NCBI GenBank assembly: GCA_963760795.1
Contig: CAVXEP010000007.1
Coordinates: forward strand, 1-64,000
DNA from: an uncultured delta proteobacterium
Lineage (GTDB): Bacteria; Desulfobacterota; Binatia; UBA9968
DNA length: 64,000 bases
Direction of reading: 5' to 3'
Shown here one piece after another: positions 53,339 to 63,286 of this stretch; within the stretch, counting starts at the first letter, position 1, and every line of letters starts with the position of its first letter. The notes beneath the pieces were generated by a model. The model did no database searches. It worked only from the letters and a program-made list of their open reading frames with translations, and had not been told where the DNA came from. The translations under genes were made by a program, and so were the position numbers.

Positions 53339-54312
53339 AGTATTGAACTCTTCACTTCGCCGCGCGCTTTATAAAACCCTTCCTTCTCCAACTGCGCGAC
53401 AAAGCGCGTGTCGAGAAAATCCTCCGGCTTAGCCGTCTTGGCCTTGGGCTCGGTGGGCAGCAACTCGCCGATGATCGTCTCCATGCCTCTGCGCGTCACG
53501 TACGGGATCGTCTCGATGTAAGCGCGCGCTTCGCCGTAGGTCGCTTCGAGAATCTCCGGATCTTTGATGCGCGCGTATTTTTGAATCGCGCGGATGCCGG
53601 CGGCTTTGTTCGCCTTCAAAAACTGCACGCCTTCGCTGTAGCCGCGGATGAAACGGCGCGTCATCTCTTCGTTGGCCTTGATGAACGACCGGGTCGAACC
53701 GAGGGCGACGGACACATACTCTGGGCCGTCCTTGGTCACGTCCATCAATTCGCTCAAGCCGGCTTTACGGGCGCGGAAATTAGTCGGCGGTGACAGCGCG
53801 CCGGCATCGACCTGACCAGCGACCATCGCGGTAAAGATATTCGGCACGTCGACCAATTGCAGCATCTGATACTCTTCCGGCTTGATGCCGGCGTTGTTCA
53901 TCACCCAAAGCGTCACGCTATGGGTCGACGAGCCGAGCCGCGTAATGCCGATTTTCTTGCCGCGCATTTCAGCAAAGCTCTTGATCTCCGGCCGTGCCAT
54001 GAACGAGAACACCAAGCGATTGGCGACGCCGGCAATAATCGCGACGTCGGCGCCCTTGAGCGCTGCCGTGACCGAATTGCGGCCGTCCATGTAGGAATAG
54101 TGAAGCTCACCCGCGAGCATGACTTGAATCGCCCGCGAGGTCGACGGGATATGCACCAACTCGACTTCAAGGCCGTTCTTCTTGAACAACCCTTCCTCCT
54201 GCGCCACCCAAGTGCCGCTCATGTTGCTGGCGAACGAAGTCCACGCCACCCGCGCCTTCATCTGCGCCCAGCCGGCGCTCGGCAAGAGCATTAACGCCAG
54301 CGCAGAGATCAA
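53314..54312 (-). CDS. ABC substrate-binding protein, NMT1/SsuA-like
   Basis: WVAQEEGLFKKNGL, RGKKIGITRLGS, FLDTRFVAQLEKEGFY; the 3' end runs into the repeat. Confidence 0.88.
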   Translation of the reverse strand: MISALALMLLPSAGWAQMKARVAWTSFASNMSGTWVAQEEGLFKKNGLEVELVHIPSTSRAIQVMLAGELHYSYMDGRNSVTAALKGADVAIIAGVANRLVFSFMARPEIKSFAEMRGKKIGITRLGSSTHSVTLWVMNNAGIKPEEYQMLQLVDVPNIFTAMVAGQVDAGALSPPTNFRARKAGLSELMDVTKDGPEYVSVALGSTRSFIKANEEMTRRFIRGYSEGVQFLKANKAAGIRAIQKYARIKDPEILEATYGEARAYIETIPYVTRRGMETIIGELLPTEPKAKTAKPEDFLDTRFVAQLEKEGFYKARGEVKSSILDPSLRSG

Positions 54313-54534
54313 CGCAACGGAGCAACATTTTGAGACAGCATCATCGGCATTCCCGGCCTTTTCATAAATAAAGATTTAGCCGCAAAGAACGCAGAAGGCG
54401 CAAACCCTCATCGAATTATCCGCAGCGAAGGGCTGGCAACCTCCCCCGTTCTCCGGTGGAAGCTAAGATGGAAATCCGGCCTTGAACTTTGAACTTTTGA
54501 ACCCTTGAACCGCGCGGCGCAAAAAGTGCCGCGC

Positions 54535-55533
54535 TTAATTCGGCAACCAGCACACCGCAGCGATCTCGCTCAGCTCTCTTCTCAACTTCGTCCACGACGC
54601 GCCGCCGTCGTCGCTGCGGTAAAGATATCCGTAGCGGCTCGCGGCAAAAATAACATTCGGGTCGTCGGAATTGTTCGCAAACGTCCACATGGTCGAGTTG
54701 GGTTCCTGCGGCAGCGGCAGAAGCTTCCAGCTCTTACAAAAGTCATCGCTTTGCGCGATTGCGCCGGAGGTTCCCGGCGTGAAATCGCCGAAGCTCACCA
54801 AGATTTTCTTCGGATTGGCCGGGTCTACGGAAATGCCGCGCAGATAGTTTTCTTTGCGCGGATAATCCCACGGCAGACACTTTTGCATGTCGCGCGGCTC
54901 CCAGCTCTTGCCGTTATCCGTGCTCGCATAGATCTCCCGGTTGGCCATGACGAATGCCGTCTTGGGCGGACCGGCGCTGACCGCGACGTTGTGAATATCG
55001 CGCCGTCCGGTCACTTCGACGATGCTCCAGGTATCGCCGCCGTCGCTGCTATGACGGGCGCCGTCGACTTCGAGACCCGCCCAGATATGGTTGGGCTCGA
55101 CGGGATCGACGGCGATGCCGGTGAACCTTGGCGTGCCGACCGCCTCGCATTCCGTTGCCACTTCCACCGGCCGTTTGTCGAAACTGCGGCCGCCATCCTT
55201 CGAACGAAACAGCATCGCCGGCGTCGGCGTGCCGGTGCCGACAAACATGTTATCCGGATTCACCGGATCGATGCCGATCGCCCAGACATAGTGCGGATTG
55301 AGCGCCGAGTCGAGGTACTGCCAATTGGCGCCGCCGTCGGCGCTGCGATAAAGCCCGCGCTCGGTACCGGCAAAGAGAATATTGTGCTGCTTCGGATTCA
55401 TCGCGATGCAGCGCACCGAAGCCTCGTAGGCAAATCCCCGCCGCGGCCCGATGCGCGCCCAAGTCTGGCCATTATCCTCGCTGCGCATGATGCTCTGTCC
55501 GATAGTTCCGACAACGATAGTTACGTCTCGCAT
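54535..55533 (-). CDS. BNR/Asp-box beta-propeller protein
   Basis: SEDNGQTW, SADGGANW, SKDGGRSF, SSDGGDTW, STDNGKSW, SDDGGASW. Confidence 0.85.
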   Translation of the reverse strand: MRDVTIVVGTIGQSIMRSEDNGQTWARIGPRRGFAYEASVRCIAMNPKQHNILFAGTERGLYRSADGGANWQYLDSALNPHYVWAIGIDPVNPDNMFVGTGTPTPAMLFRSKDGGRSFDKRPVEVATECEAVGTPRFTGIAVDPVEPNHIWAGLEVDGARHSSDGGDTWSIVEVTGRRDIHNVAVSAGPPKTAFVMANREIYASTDNGKSWEPRDMQKCLPWDYPRKENYLRGISVDPANPKKILVSFGDFTPGTSGAIAQSDDFCKSWKLLPLPQEPNSTMWTFANNSDDPNVIFAASRYGYLYRSDDGGASWTKLRRELSEIAAVCWLPN

Positions 55534-55588
55534 ATTTCCTCCGAAAACGACTTGAACGTTTTGAACTGCTTGAACGATTTAAACGAGT

Positions 55589-56569
55589 CTATACGTTGAC
55601 CCGGTGCATATCCTTGGTCCGCGGTCCCGCCGCCGCTCCCGGCGGAAAGATTGCGTCGAGCCGTGCTAAATCTTCTTTGGTTAATTTTATCGCCGTCGCT
55701 TTGATGTTCTCTTCCAAATGCGCCCGCGTCTTATTGCTGGGGATCGGAATCACGTCACTTCCCTGAGCCATCAACCACGCCAGCGCCAGTTGCGCCGACG
55801 TGCAATGCTTCTCGCGCGCCATCTCTTCGAATCGCGCCAGCAGCGCCAGATTCTTTGCCAGATTATCGCCTTGAAATCGTGGGTGATTGATCCGGCCGTC
55901 GCCGTCGCTCATGTCTTTGGCATCATGCACAGCGCCGCCGAAAAAGCCGCGGCCAAGCGGCGAGTAGGCCATGAAGCCCATATTGAATTCGCGGCAGGCC
56001 TGCACGTTGCCGCCTTCGGGATCGCGCGACCACAGCGAATATTCCATCTGCAGAGAAACGATCGGATGAACCTTGCGCGCGCGCCGGATCGAGTTAGCGC
56101 TCGCTTCCGAAAGGCCGATATAGCGAGTCAGGCCGCGCTCCACCAGTTTCGCCATGGCGCCCACCGACTCTTCGACGGGAATATCCGGATCGACCCGCGA
56201 CATGCAGAAAACATCGAGGGCATCGATCCCCAACCGCTTCACGCTTTGCTCGCAGTTCTGGGTTAAATATTCCGGCGTGCTGCCGCTGCGATTACCCGTG
56301 GCATCCGGCGCGCGCGGGCTGCCGGATTTGGAATGAATGACGATGCGCTCGCGCCGCCCTTGCAGCGCCTTGTTGATCAACTCATGGTTGTGACCCTGGC
56401 CATAGCTTGCCGAGGTATCGAGAAAGTTGATGCCGAGATCGAACGCCTTATGCAGCGTCGCGATCGATTCGTTATCGTCCGCCGGCCCATAGGCGCCAGA
56501 CATACTCATGCAGCCCAAAGCTAAGCGCGAGACTTTGAATTCCGTCGAGCCGAATTGAACGTAATCCAT
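55589..56569 (-). CDS. Aldo/keto reductase
   Basis: LGCMSMS, FLDTSASYG, IGLSEAS, YSPLGRG, AQLALAW. Confidence 0.92.
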   Translation of the reverse strand: MDYVQFGSTEFKVSRLALGCMSMSGAYGPADDNESIATLHKAFDLGINFLDTSASYGQGHNHELINKALQGRRERIVIHSKSGSPRAPDATGNRSGSTPEYLTQNCEQSVKRLGIDALDVFCMSRVDPDIPVEESVGAMAKLVERGLTRYIGLSEASANSIRRARKVHPIVSLQMEYSLWSRDPEGGNVQACREFNMGFMAYSPLGRGFFGGAVHDAKDMSDGDGRINHPRFQGDNLAKNLALLARFEEMAREKHCTSAQLALAWLMAQGSDVIPIPSNKTRAHLEENIKATAIKLTKEDLARLDAIFPPGAAAGPRTKDMHRVNV

Positions 56570-56624
56570 ACTTCCTCCGTATCGAGTTCAGAGTTACCGC
56601 AGGTGGACGGACCAAGTCAAACCG

Positions 56625-57653
56625 CTATTTCCCCAACAACTTCTTCATCCGCTCGATCACCTCAGCGTCTTTCGTGATCACCTCCTTGGCGAGCCGCTCC
56701 AGCTCTTCGCCAGAAGTGTATTCGATGTCGATGCGGCGCTTCTTGGCGTCAAACAAGAGTTCCGGGTCATTGAGCGTGCGCATGAACGCTTCGCGCATGA
56801 TCTTTGTATACTCGGGAGGCGTCGCCGGTGGCATGACATAGGGACGGCCGAAGGAATTGGACGCGATCAACAAATTCGCCAGCTTCTTGATCTGCTCCGG
56901 CGCTTTGAACTCATCGAGCAGCTCATAGACTGTCGGCACGTCGGCGAGGCGCGCGTCGCGCTTGCGATGGCTCTGCACCACGGCACGGGCAAAGCCGGTC
57001 TTGCGCCAGTTGGCGTAGAGGTCGCCGGTGAACCAACCGGCGATGGTAAAGGCGCGGCACTGCACTTCGTTGCGCTCCACCGCCAGATCGATTTCTGGTC
57101 CGCCCGGATAACCGGTGACGACGTGGAACTTCGTGCCGATACCGTCGTTCAATAGCGTCGGCAAATAGTGGCTGGTTGTGCCGGTGCCGGTCGATCCGCA
57201 CTTCGGACCTTCAGCAGCCTTGCGCACGTCAGCCACGGTCTTGAACGGCGCGTCGCCGCGTAGATACATCAAATCTTCAGAGCGATCCGGGCTGCCGATG
57301 TAAATATATTTCGACCAGTCGAACTGGACATCTTTGTTGCCGCCCAGTTGATTGAAGTACAGCGCCGCATTGACGGTGCCGAACGTCAAGCCGTCGGGCT
57401 TGGCCACCGAGTAAACATAGTTCGCGCCGACAATATTGCCGCCGCCCGGCATGTTTTGCACGACCACTTCCGGTTTCCCTGGAATATGCTTGCCGATATA
57501 TTGCGCCACCAACCGGCCATAGAGGTCGTAGTTACTGCCCGCCGTGCTGCTGACGATCAGTCGAACCGTCTTGCCTTGATAGTACGGGACTTGGCCATGA
57601 ACCATCGCCGTAGACGATAAAATAACCAACAGGACTAGAACAAAACGGTTCAT
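56625..57653 (-). CDS. Bug/TctC family substrate-binding protein
   Basis: YYQGKTV, NMPGGG, KPDGLT, GYPGGPEIDLAVERNEV. Confidence 0.9.
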   Translation of the reverse strand: MNRFVLVLLVILSSTAMVHGQVPYYQGKTVRLIVSSTAGSNYDLYGRLVAQYIGKHIPGKPEVVVQNMPGGGNIVGANYVYSVAKPDGLTFGTVNAALYFNQLGGNKDVQFDWSKYIYIGSPDRSEDLMYLRGDAPFKTVADVRKAAEGPKCGSTGTGTTSHYLPTLLNDGIGTKFHVVTGYPGGPEIDLAVERNEVQCRAFTIAGWFTGDLYANWRKTGFARAVVQSHRKRDARLADVPTVYELLDEFKAPEQIKKLANLLIASNSFGRPYVMPPATPPEYTKIMREAFMRTLNDPELLFDAKKRRIDIEYTSGEELERLAKEVITKDAEVIERMKKLLGK

Positions 57654-57808
57654 CACATTCTCCTTTTCGTACATGGACCCCGTAGGAGAGTCTCGTATCA
57701 AGATTGACAGCTCCGGGCAATCTCATTAGAACGGGAACCATTGCACAGTGGAGTGATGCGCGGCCGGCAACGGCCGCGAGTACCGGCGGAACAAACCAGG
57801 AGAACCCG

Positions 57809-58816
57809 ATGAGAAAACAGTTGTCGCTCCACCTCGTGCTGGCATTGCTGGTCTGGTTCGCGCCACGGACCGCCAACGCTGCCGAGAAACTCGATAAGGT
57901 TCGCTTCACCTACGCGCCGCTGTCCGCCAGTGGATTTCTCTGGTTCATCGCCAAAGACGCCGGCTATTTCGAGAAAAACCGCCTCGATGTCGACATGTAT
58001 TTCGAAGGCGCATCGCCGATCATGGTGCAGTCTATTCTCGCCGGCGAGAATCAGCTCGCCGGCGGCTTGGGGCCGACCGTAGTCACTAACGTCTTACAGG
58101 GAGGAGATGTCATCCCGGTCGCCTGTATCACGCATACGTTTACCACCCCGATGTACGTCCAACCTTCGATCACTACATTGCAACAGCTGCGCGGCAAGAA
58201 GATCGGCGTCAGCCGCATCGGCGCGGTGTCCCATTTGACCGCCGACTCGATCCTCCGCCGCGCCCGCGTCGGCGACGTGACGATTATTCAAACCGGCGGC
58301 ATTCCCGAGTCCATGGCTGCGGTCATGACCGGCAACGTCGATGGTGCTATGGTCAACCCGCCGAACAACATAATTCTTAGAGAAAAAGGCTTCCGCGAGC
58401 TGGTCGGCTCGAAACAACTGAAGGAAATGAATCTGCGTTTTCCCGAAAACGGCGTCATGGGCAAGCGATCCTGGGCCGAGAAAAATTCCGACGTCGTCAA
58501 ACGATTTATCAAATCCCTCGCCGAAGCCTTGAAGCGCATGCACGACGACAAAGATTTCGCGATGAAAACCTTGGGCAAATACACCAAGGTCACCGACACA
58601 AAAATTCTCGAAGAAAGCTACCGCTTCGGCATCGACAGTTTCTTCAAGGACTTCAAAACCCCGCCCGACGGCATCCGCCTCATGGTCGACCAGCTGGCCT
58701 CCTCGCGCATGATCGACGCCAACCTGGCGCAGAAAACCCCGCTCACCGCCTACTATGAAAATCGCTACGTCGAAGAGCTGGAGCGAGAAGGTTTTTTCAA
58801 GAAGCTGTGGCAGTAG
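57809..58816 (+). CDS. ABC substrate-binding protein, NMT1/SsuA-like
   Basis: AGGAG RBS, signal peptide, IAKDAGYFEKN, LRGKKIGVSRIG, LEREGFFKKLW. Confidence 0.88.
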   Translation: MRKQLSLHLVLALLVWFAPRTANAAEKLDKVRFTYAPLSASGFLWFIAKDAGYFEKNRLDVDMYFEGASPIMVQSILAGENQLAGGLGPTVVTNVLQGGDVIPVACITHTFTTPMYVQPSITTLQQLRGKKIGVSRIGAVSHLTADSILRRARVGDVTIIQTGGIPESMAAVMTGNVDGAMVNPPNNIILREKGFRELVGSKQLKEMNLRFPENGVMGKRSWAEKNSDVVKRFIKSLAEALKRMHDDKDFAMKTLGKYTKVTDTKILEESYRFGIDSFFKDFKTPPDGIRLMVDQLASSRMIDANLAQKTPLTAYYENRYVEELEREGFFKKLWQ

Positions 58817-58873
58817 CGCAGTGGCTTGCGTATTTGCTGAATCAGAAATAGGTTCACTAAAATGCTCAGGCCA

Positions 58874-58959
58874 TCCCCCTTTGGAAAAGGGGGACTGAGG
58901 GGGATTTAAATTCTGCGCGCATAAGAAAATCCCCCCTTCCCCCCTTTTCCAAAGGGGGG
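58874..58959. repeat. Family D palindrome
   Basis: TCCCCCTTTGGAAAAGGGGGACTGAGGGGGATTT ... AAATCCCCCCTTCCCCCCTTTTCCAAAGGGGGG. Confidence 0.85.
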
Positions 58960-59049
58960 TTCATGAGGACCCATGCTGCAAATTGTTCAACGAACTTCTG
59001 AGTCAGGACACAAGTTCGTAGGCACAAGGCAACCCGAATTGAGATCCAG

Positions 59050-60036
59050 ATGACAGGTCGTTTTCTTATCGTAAACATCATGCTGGTGCTGGCGCTAGTC
59101 ACGCAACCGGCGCCCGCCCAGGACAAACCGAAAATCTATGTCGGCCCGTCAAGCAAGACCCTCGGCTACAGTCCACTGTGGGTCGGCTCGAAGAAAGGGT
59201 TTTTCGAGCAGCAGGGATTGGACGTGCAAGTGGTGGTGCTGCGCGGCATGCCGATGGTCGTCCAAGCCCTGGCGGCAGGATCGATCCACTTCGGTTCCGG
59301 CGGGCCCGAGCCGTTCATGGAGTCGAGCGACCGCGGCCTCGATTTCATCATCACCGGCGGCGTCATAAACGGCATGACAGCGGCCATCGTCGCCGGCAAG
59401 AAATATAAAAGCTTCGAAGATTTGCGCGGCACGACGGTGGGTTCGTCTTCATTGACCGGCGGCACCGTCACCGCCTTTCGCGAGGCAATGAAACAGAAAG
59501 GACTCGAATATCCCCGCGACTACAAGATCCTAGTGGTCGCCGGCGGTTCGTCCGGCAATCTCGCAGCGCTCCAATCCGGCCAGATCTCCGCCACGACGGT
59601 CGCCGTGCCGCTCAACTACGCCGCCGAGGAACTGGGATTTCATAGCATCGGCCGTCTGCTCGACGCCGTCCCGCAGTTTCAATCGGCGGCGTTGGCCACG
59701 CGCCGTTCCTGGGCCGAGAAAAATCGCCCGCTCATGGTGCGCTTCATGAAAGGCATGGTGCAGTCGCTGCGCTGGATGCACAACAACAAAGATGCCACGG
59801 TGGAGTTCTTGACCAAGGAGATCCAGCTAAAACCAGTCCACGCCTTGAAAGGCTGGGAGTACTATACACAAAACCGCATCTGGCCCTACGACGGCGAACC
59901 CAACATGGAAGGCATGAAACACAACATTCGGGTCTACTATGAACAGACCGGCGCCAAAGCCCCGGTGCCGGATGTGTCTAAGTTTGTCGAGATGAGTTAT
60001 CTCAACGACGCGCTGAAAGAAATGGGAAAGCGGTAA
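59050..60036 (+). CDS. ABC substrate-binding protein, NMT1/SsuA-like
   Basis: Signal peptide, PLWVGSKKGFFEQQGL, DLRGTTVG, AALQSGQISA. Confidence 0.88.
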   Translation: MTGRFLIVNIMLVLALVTQPAPAQDKPKIYVGPSSKTLGYSPLWVGSKKGFFEQQGLDVQVVVLRGMPMVVQALAAGSIHFGSGGPEPFMESSDRGLDFIITGGVINGMTAAIVAGKKYKSFEDLRGTTVGSSSLTGGTVTAFREAMKQKGLEYPRDYKILVVAGGSSGNLAALQSGQISATTVAVPLNYAAEELGFHSIGRLLDAVPQFQSAALATRRSWAEKNRPLMVRFMKGMVQSLRWMHNNKDATVEFLTKEIQLKPVHALKGWEYYTQNRIWPYDGEPNMEGMKHNIRVYYEQTGAKAPVPDVSKFVEMSYLNDALKEMGKR

Positions 60037-60097
60037 CAGTGAAGCGGAAGATTCCGATTCGCAGAGCGATCCCTTGCGTCGACAATACCGAACTTTC

Positions 60098-60169
60098 ACT
60101 GCCATCTGTGAGAATCGTCACATTGACGAGTTAGAGCGAGAAGGGCTTTTAAAGAAGCTTTGCCAGTGA
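60098..60169 (+). pseudogene. 3' relic of an NMT1-like binding-protein gene
   Basis: TAICENRHIDELEREGLLKKLCQ* aligns with the C-terminus TAYYENRYVEELEREGFFKKLWQ* of 57809..58816. Confidence 0.65.
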
Positions 60170-60237
60170 TGAACCTATTGGCGGTTGCGTCAGCCTACTT
60201 TGTAAGCTTGGCCAAATATTTGATATTGACGACTTTT

Positions 60238-60318
60238 CCGTCATACCGGCGAAAGCCGGTATCCAGGAGCGGTAGGGCGGGAGTAAAACGTGGATGCCGG
60301 CCTCCGCCGGCATGACGG
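60238..60318. repeat. Family G palindrome
   Basis: CCGTCATACCGGCGAAAGCCGGTATCCA ... TGGATGCCGGCCTCCGCCGGCATGACGG. Confidence 0.85.
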
Positions 60319-60402
60319 ATCTTCGGTGTGCCGGCATGAGTACGATCTCAGCGATCTCTGAGCGAGATATCAATCTACTTCATTGCATTCGGAAGACTTC
60401 GG

Positions 60403-61479
60403 TTACATCCCCCTCACCGCCGGCATCACTTCCTCCGCGCACAATCGCATCGACTTCAGCACTCTATCCTGCGCCAAACTCCCAGACGCGATGTTGAGCA
60501 TGAGCTGTTCTGGATGCATCGCATCGACGTAGAATTTGATCTTCTCGACGCACTCCTCCGCCGTGCCCCAGACCGCCATGATGTTCGGCCACTCTGCTTC
60601 GACGGCTTTTCTGGCCTTTTCAGGCGTACAGAGTTTTTCGAAGGCTTCGCGTGAAGCGCTCTTGCTAGCGTAGGTTTGAATCTTTTCAGTCTCCACCGGA
60701 CGGCTCAGTCTGCCACGCAGAAACACATCCGCCTGGCTCGACAGCGCGAGGGCACCGTTTTCGATCGCCTCTTCGCGGTTTCGTGCGACATGGCAGTGAA
60801 TACCCAGAACGACGTCGCTCGATTTGCTCGCCGGCAAATTCTTTCGATAGGTCTCGGTCAAACCACGCACGAGATCGAAAGGAATACCCAAATAACCGGG
60901 CTGCACTAACCCTTGGCCAACCTTCCCCGCAAAGCTCGCGCTATCCGGCGTCGTTGCCGCCGCGGTGTAGATCGGCGGATGGGGCTGCTGCACCGGCGGC
61001 GGGCTCAGCTTGAAGTCACGGATCTGCCAGAAGTCGCCGTCGAGTTTTTCGATATAGTCGCCTTTGAAGATCTCGACCAGCATGCGGATGCCCTCTTCGA
61101 AGCGCGCGCTGCTGGTGGCGGCGTCGACGTTCATGCGATTGATCACCCAAGGATGGCCGCGGCCCAGGCCGAGCATGATTCTGCCTTCGGTTAATAAGTC
61201 AGCCGCAGCAACTTGGCTCGCCAACATCGCCGGATGGTGAATCGGCATGCTGATGATGCCGGTGAGAAAGCGAATCCGCCGCGCCCGCTGCGCCGCGGCG
61301 ACGTAAACTCCCAGGGGAAACGGCGAGCACGAGAACAAATCCTTGCCGTAACTCTCGGTGATCGAGAAGAAGTCGTAGCCAAGTTCATCGGCGACGGCGA
61401 TCTGCTCCAACACCTCCGCGTAAAGCTGATGCTCCGACTTGCCCGGATAGGAAAACTCGGTGAATAATCCGATCTTCAT
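60403..61479 (-). CDS. LLM class flavin-dependent oxidoreductase
   Basis: MKIGLF, ADELGYD, HPAMLASQVAAADLLTEGRIMLGLGRG, PPPVQQPHPPIY. Confidence 0.88.
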   Translation of the reverse strand: MKIGLFTEFSYPGKSEHQLYAEVLEQIAVADELGYDFFSITESYGKDLFSCSPFPLGVYVAAAQRARRIRFLTGIISMPIHHPAMLASQVAAADLLTEGRIMLGLGRGHPWVINRMNVDAATSSARFEEGIRMLVEIFKGDYIEKLDGDFWQIRDFKLSPPPVQQPHPPIYTAAATTPDSASFAGKVGQGLVQPGYLGIPFDLVRGLTETYRKNLPASKSSDVVLGIHCHVARNREEAIENGALALSSQADVFLRGRLSRPVETEKIQTYASKSASREAFEKLCTPEKARKAVEAEWPNIMAVWGTAEECVEKIKFYVDAMHPEQLMLNIASGSLAQDRVLKSMRLCAEEVMPAVRGM

Positions 61480-61664
61480 TGGTGATTTGGCAGATAAGAC
61501 AATGGCGGGCGATTATCCGCCCCTAGGGATTCCAATTCTTTTTTGCGTTCTTTGGACTCTTTGCGGTTAATTGTCCCCGTCCGCGGGCGGGTTTAATACC
61601 CGCCCTACGAATTCCCTTTGCGTCTTTTGCGTTATTTGCGGCCAACCGATCCGAGATCCCAACC

Positions 61665-62744
61665 TTACTTCGCGCGCCGCTGCACGCCAAAAGTGCGGTT
61701 GTATTGATCGATGATGTCATTCAAGTTCGGTCCGATCGACGACGGGCTCAAGAACACGAAATCTTTTTGAAATAGCTCCTGCACCCAGGCTCGGTGCTTG
61801 ATGCCGCGGCGCACGGATAAGCGCCCGACCTCAGCCATGCGCGTTTGGCCTTCTTCCGACAGCATCCAATCGATAAACAAGACAGCGGCAAAAGGATGGG
61901 GTGCCCGCTGCATCAGGGTGACGAAGTTAGGTTCGCCGGCATAGGGATCGAGCACGCGGTAATCGATGGGCGCGCCCTGCTGCTTATATTCCGACACGCG
62001 CCGGCCGCGTGCCGCGATGGCGATGGCCGACTCGCCGGCGAGCATGAGCTGCACGCGCATGACACTGCTCGACCCGGGCATGGCGAGATCCTGCTTAGCC
62101 AAGCCTTGCATTAACTCGTTGCCCTTGGCTTTGCCCATGGTTTCGAGGAGAACGTTGAACCAGGTGTACTCCTCGGTGCCCAAACTCATCTTGCCCTTCC
62201 ACTTGGGATGCAATAAGTCGGCGTAGCTGCGCGGCGCGTCAGCGGCGGAAACCTGCTTGGTGTTGAAGCCCAGCACTAGCGGCGTCACGTCGAAGGCCTG
62301 CCAAAAACCCTCGGGATCGAACGCACCAGACTGTAGCGCACTCCGCTCAGGCGAGAGATACGGCGCCGACAGCTTGCGCTGCTTGAGCTGCCACATCTCC
62401 ACCGGCGCCGAGCCGATCACGTCGGCGGCGAATCTGCCGGCGCGCGCTTCGGTGTCCACCCGGGTGAACAAGCCGGACGGCGTCGCGCGATAAGTATTGG
62501 TCTTGAGAAACGGGTAGGCTTTTTCAAAATGCGGCAAGATCTTCGGGTAATCGGTCAAGCTCAGCGAAGTATAGAAGACGATCTCGCCTTCTTTCTTCGC
62601 CCCTGCTTCGAGAAAAGTCTTGCGCTCGGCGCCGGACAGCGCCGAGGCTTTTTTGACGACTTCCTCGACGGTGGCAGCGATCCCGCTCCCCGACGACCCC
62701 ACCATCAGCCAGCCAACAAGCAGCAGGCGAATAATTTTCTGCAT
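61665..62744 (-). CDS. Extracellular solute-binding protein (Fe/thiamine-type ABC family)
   Basis: GAKKEGEIVFYTS, FNTKQV, DLLHPKWKGK, APHPFAAVLFIDWMLSEEGQ. Confidence 0.88.
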   Translation of the reverse strand: MQKIIRLLLVGWLMVGSSGSGIAATVEEVVKKASALSGAERKTFLEAGAKKEGEIVFYTSLSLTDYPKILPHFEKAYPFLKTNTYRATPSGLFTRVDTEARAGRFAADVIGSAPVEMWQLKQRKLSAPYLSPERSALQSGAFDPEGFWQAFDVTPLVLGFNTKQVSAADAPRSYADLLHPKWKGKMSLGTEEYTWFNVLLETMGKAKGNELMQGLAKQDLAMPGSSSVMRVQLMLAGESAIAIAARGRRVSEYKQQGAPIDYRVLDPYAGEPNFVTLMQRAPHPFAAVLFIDWMLSEEGQTRMAEVGRLSVRRGIKHRAWVQELFQKDFVFLSPSSIGPNLNDIIDQYNRTFGVQRRAK

Positions 62745-62759
62745 GGACAGTCGCCGCGA

Positions 62760-63137
62760 TTACAGATCGTTGCGGCGAACCGGGCCCCAGCCCGTCGTCG
62801 AGATGTCGATCAAGTTGCCATCGGGATCGCTGGCCCGCCCTTCGGCGTAAGTCGCAATGCGATCCTTCGGCGCGCCTTCGGGATAGACGTCCATGATCCG
62901 CTTGGTGGTTTCCTGAGCATCGTCGATATGAAAGCCGAAGTGATACAGCCCCGCCGGATGTCCCGGCTCTTTGGGATCGTTGGCATTTAGAATCGCGAGA
63001 TTCACCTCGCCGTCGGAAAGATGCACCGAACCGTTCTTGGTTTTGTACATCTCCTGCATGTCGAAAACCCGCTTGTAATAATCCGCCATCTTCGCCGGCT
63101 GATGCGTCAAGATCGCCAAATGTCTGAGCTTTGCCAT
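62760..63137 (-). CDS. VOC/glyoxalase family protein
   Basis: KLRHLAI, LSDGEVNLAIL, GLYHFGF, DPDGNLIDIS. Confidence 0.88.
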   Translation of the reverse strand: MAKLRHLAILTHQPAKMADYYKRVFDMQEMYKTKNGSVHLSDGEVNLAILNANDPKEPGHPAGLYHFGFHIDDAQETTKRIMDVYPEGAPKDRIATYAEGRASDPDGNLIDISTTGWGPVRRNDL

Positions 63138-63286
63138 GATCGTCCCTCCAATATATTTGCAAGTCATGTCAGCGCTATCACCGCACAAATAGCCTGTCAA
63201 CGCGGGTTCCACTTCCGACTTTCGGAAACTGTTTGAACGTTTTGAACGGCTTGAACGGTTTGAACGATTCCAGCGCTCCGCGCGCG

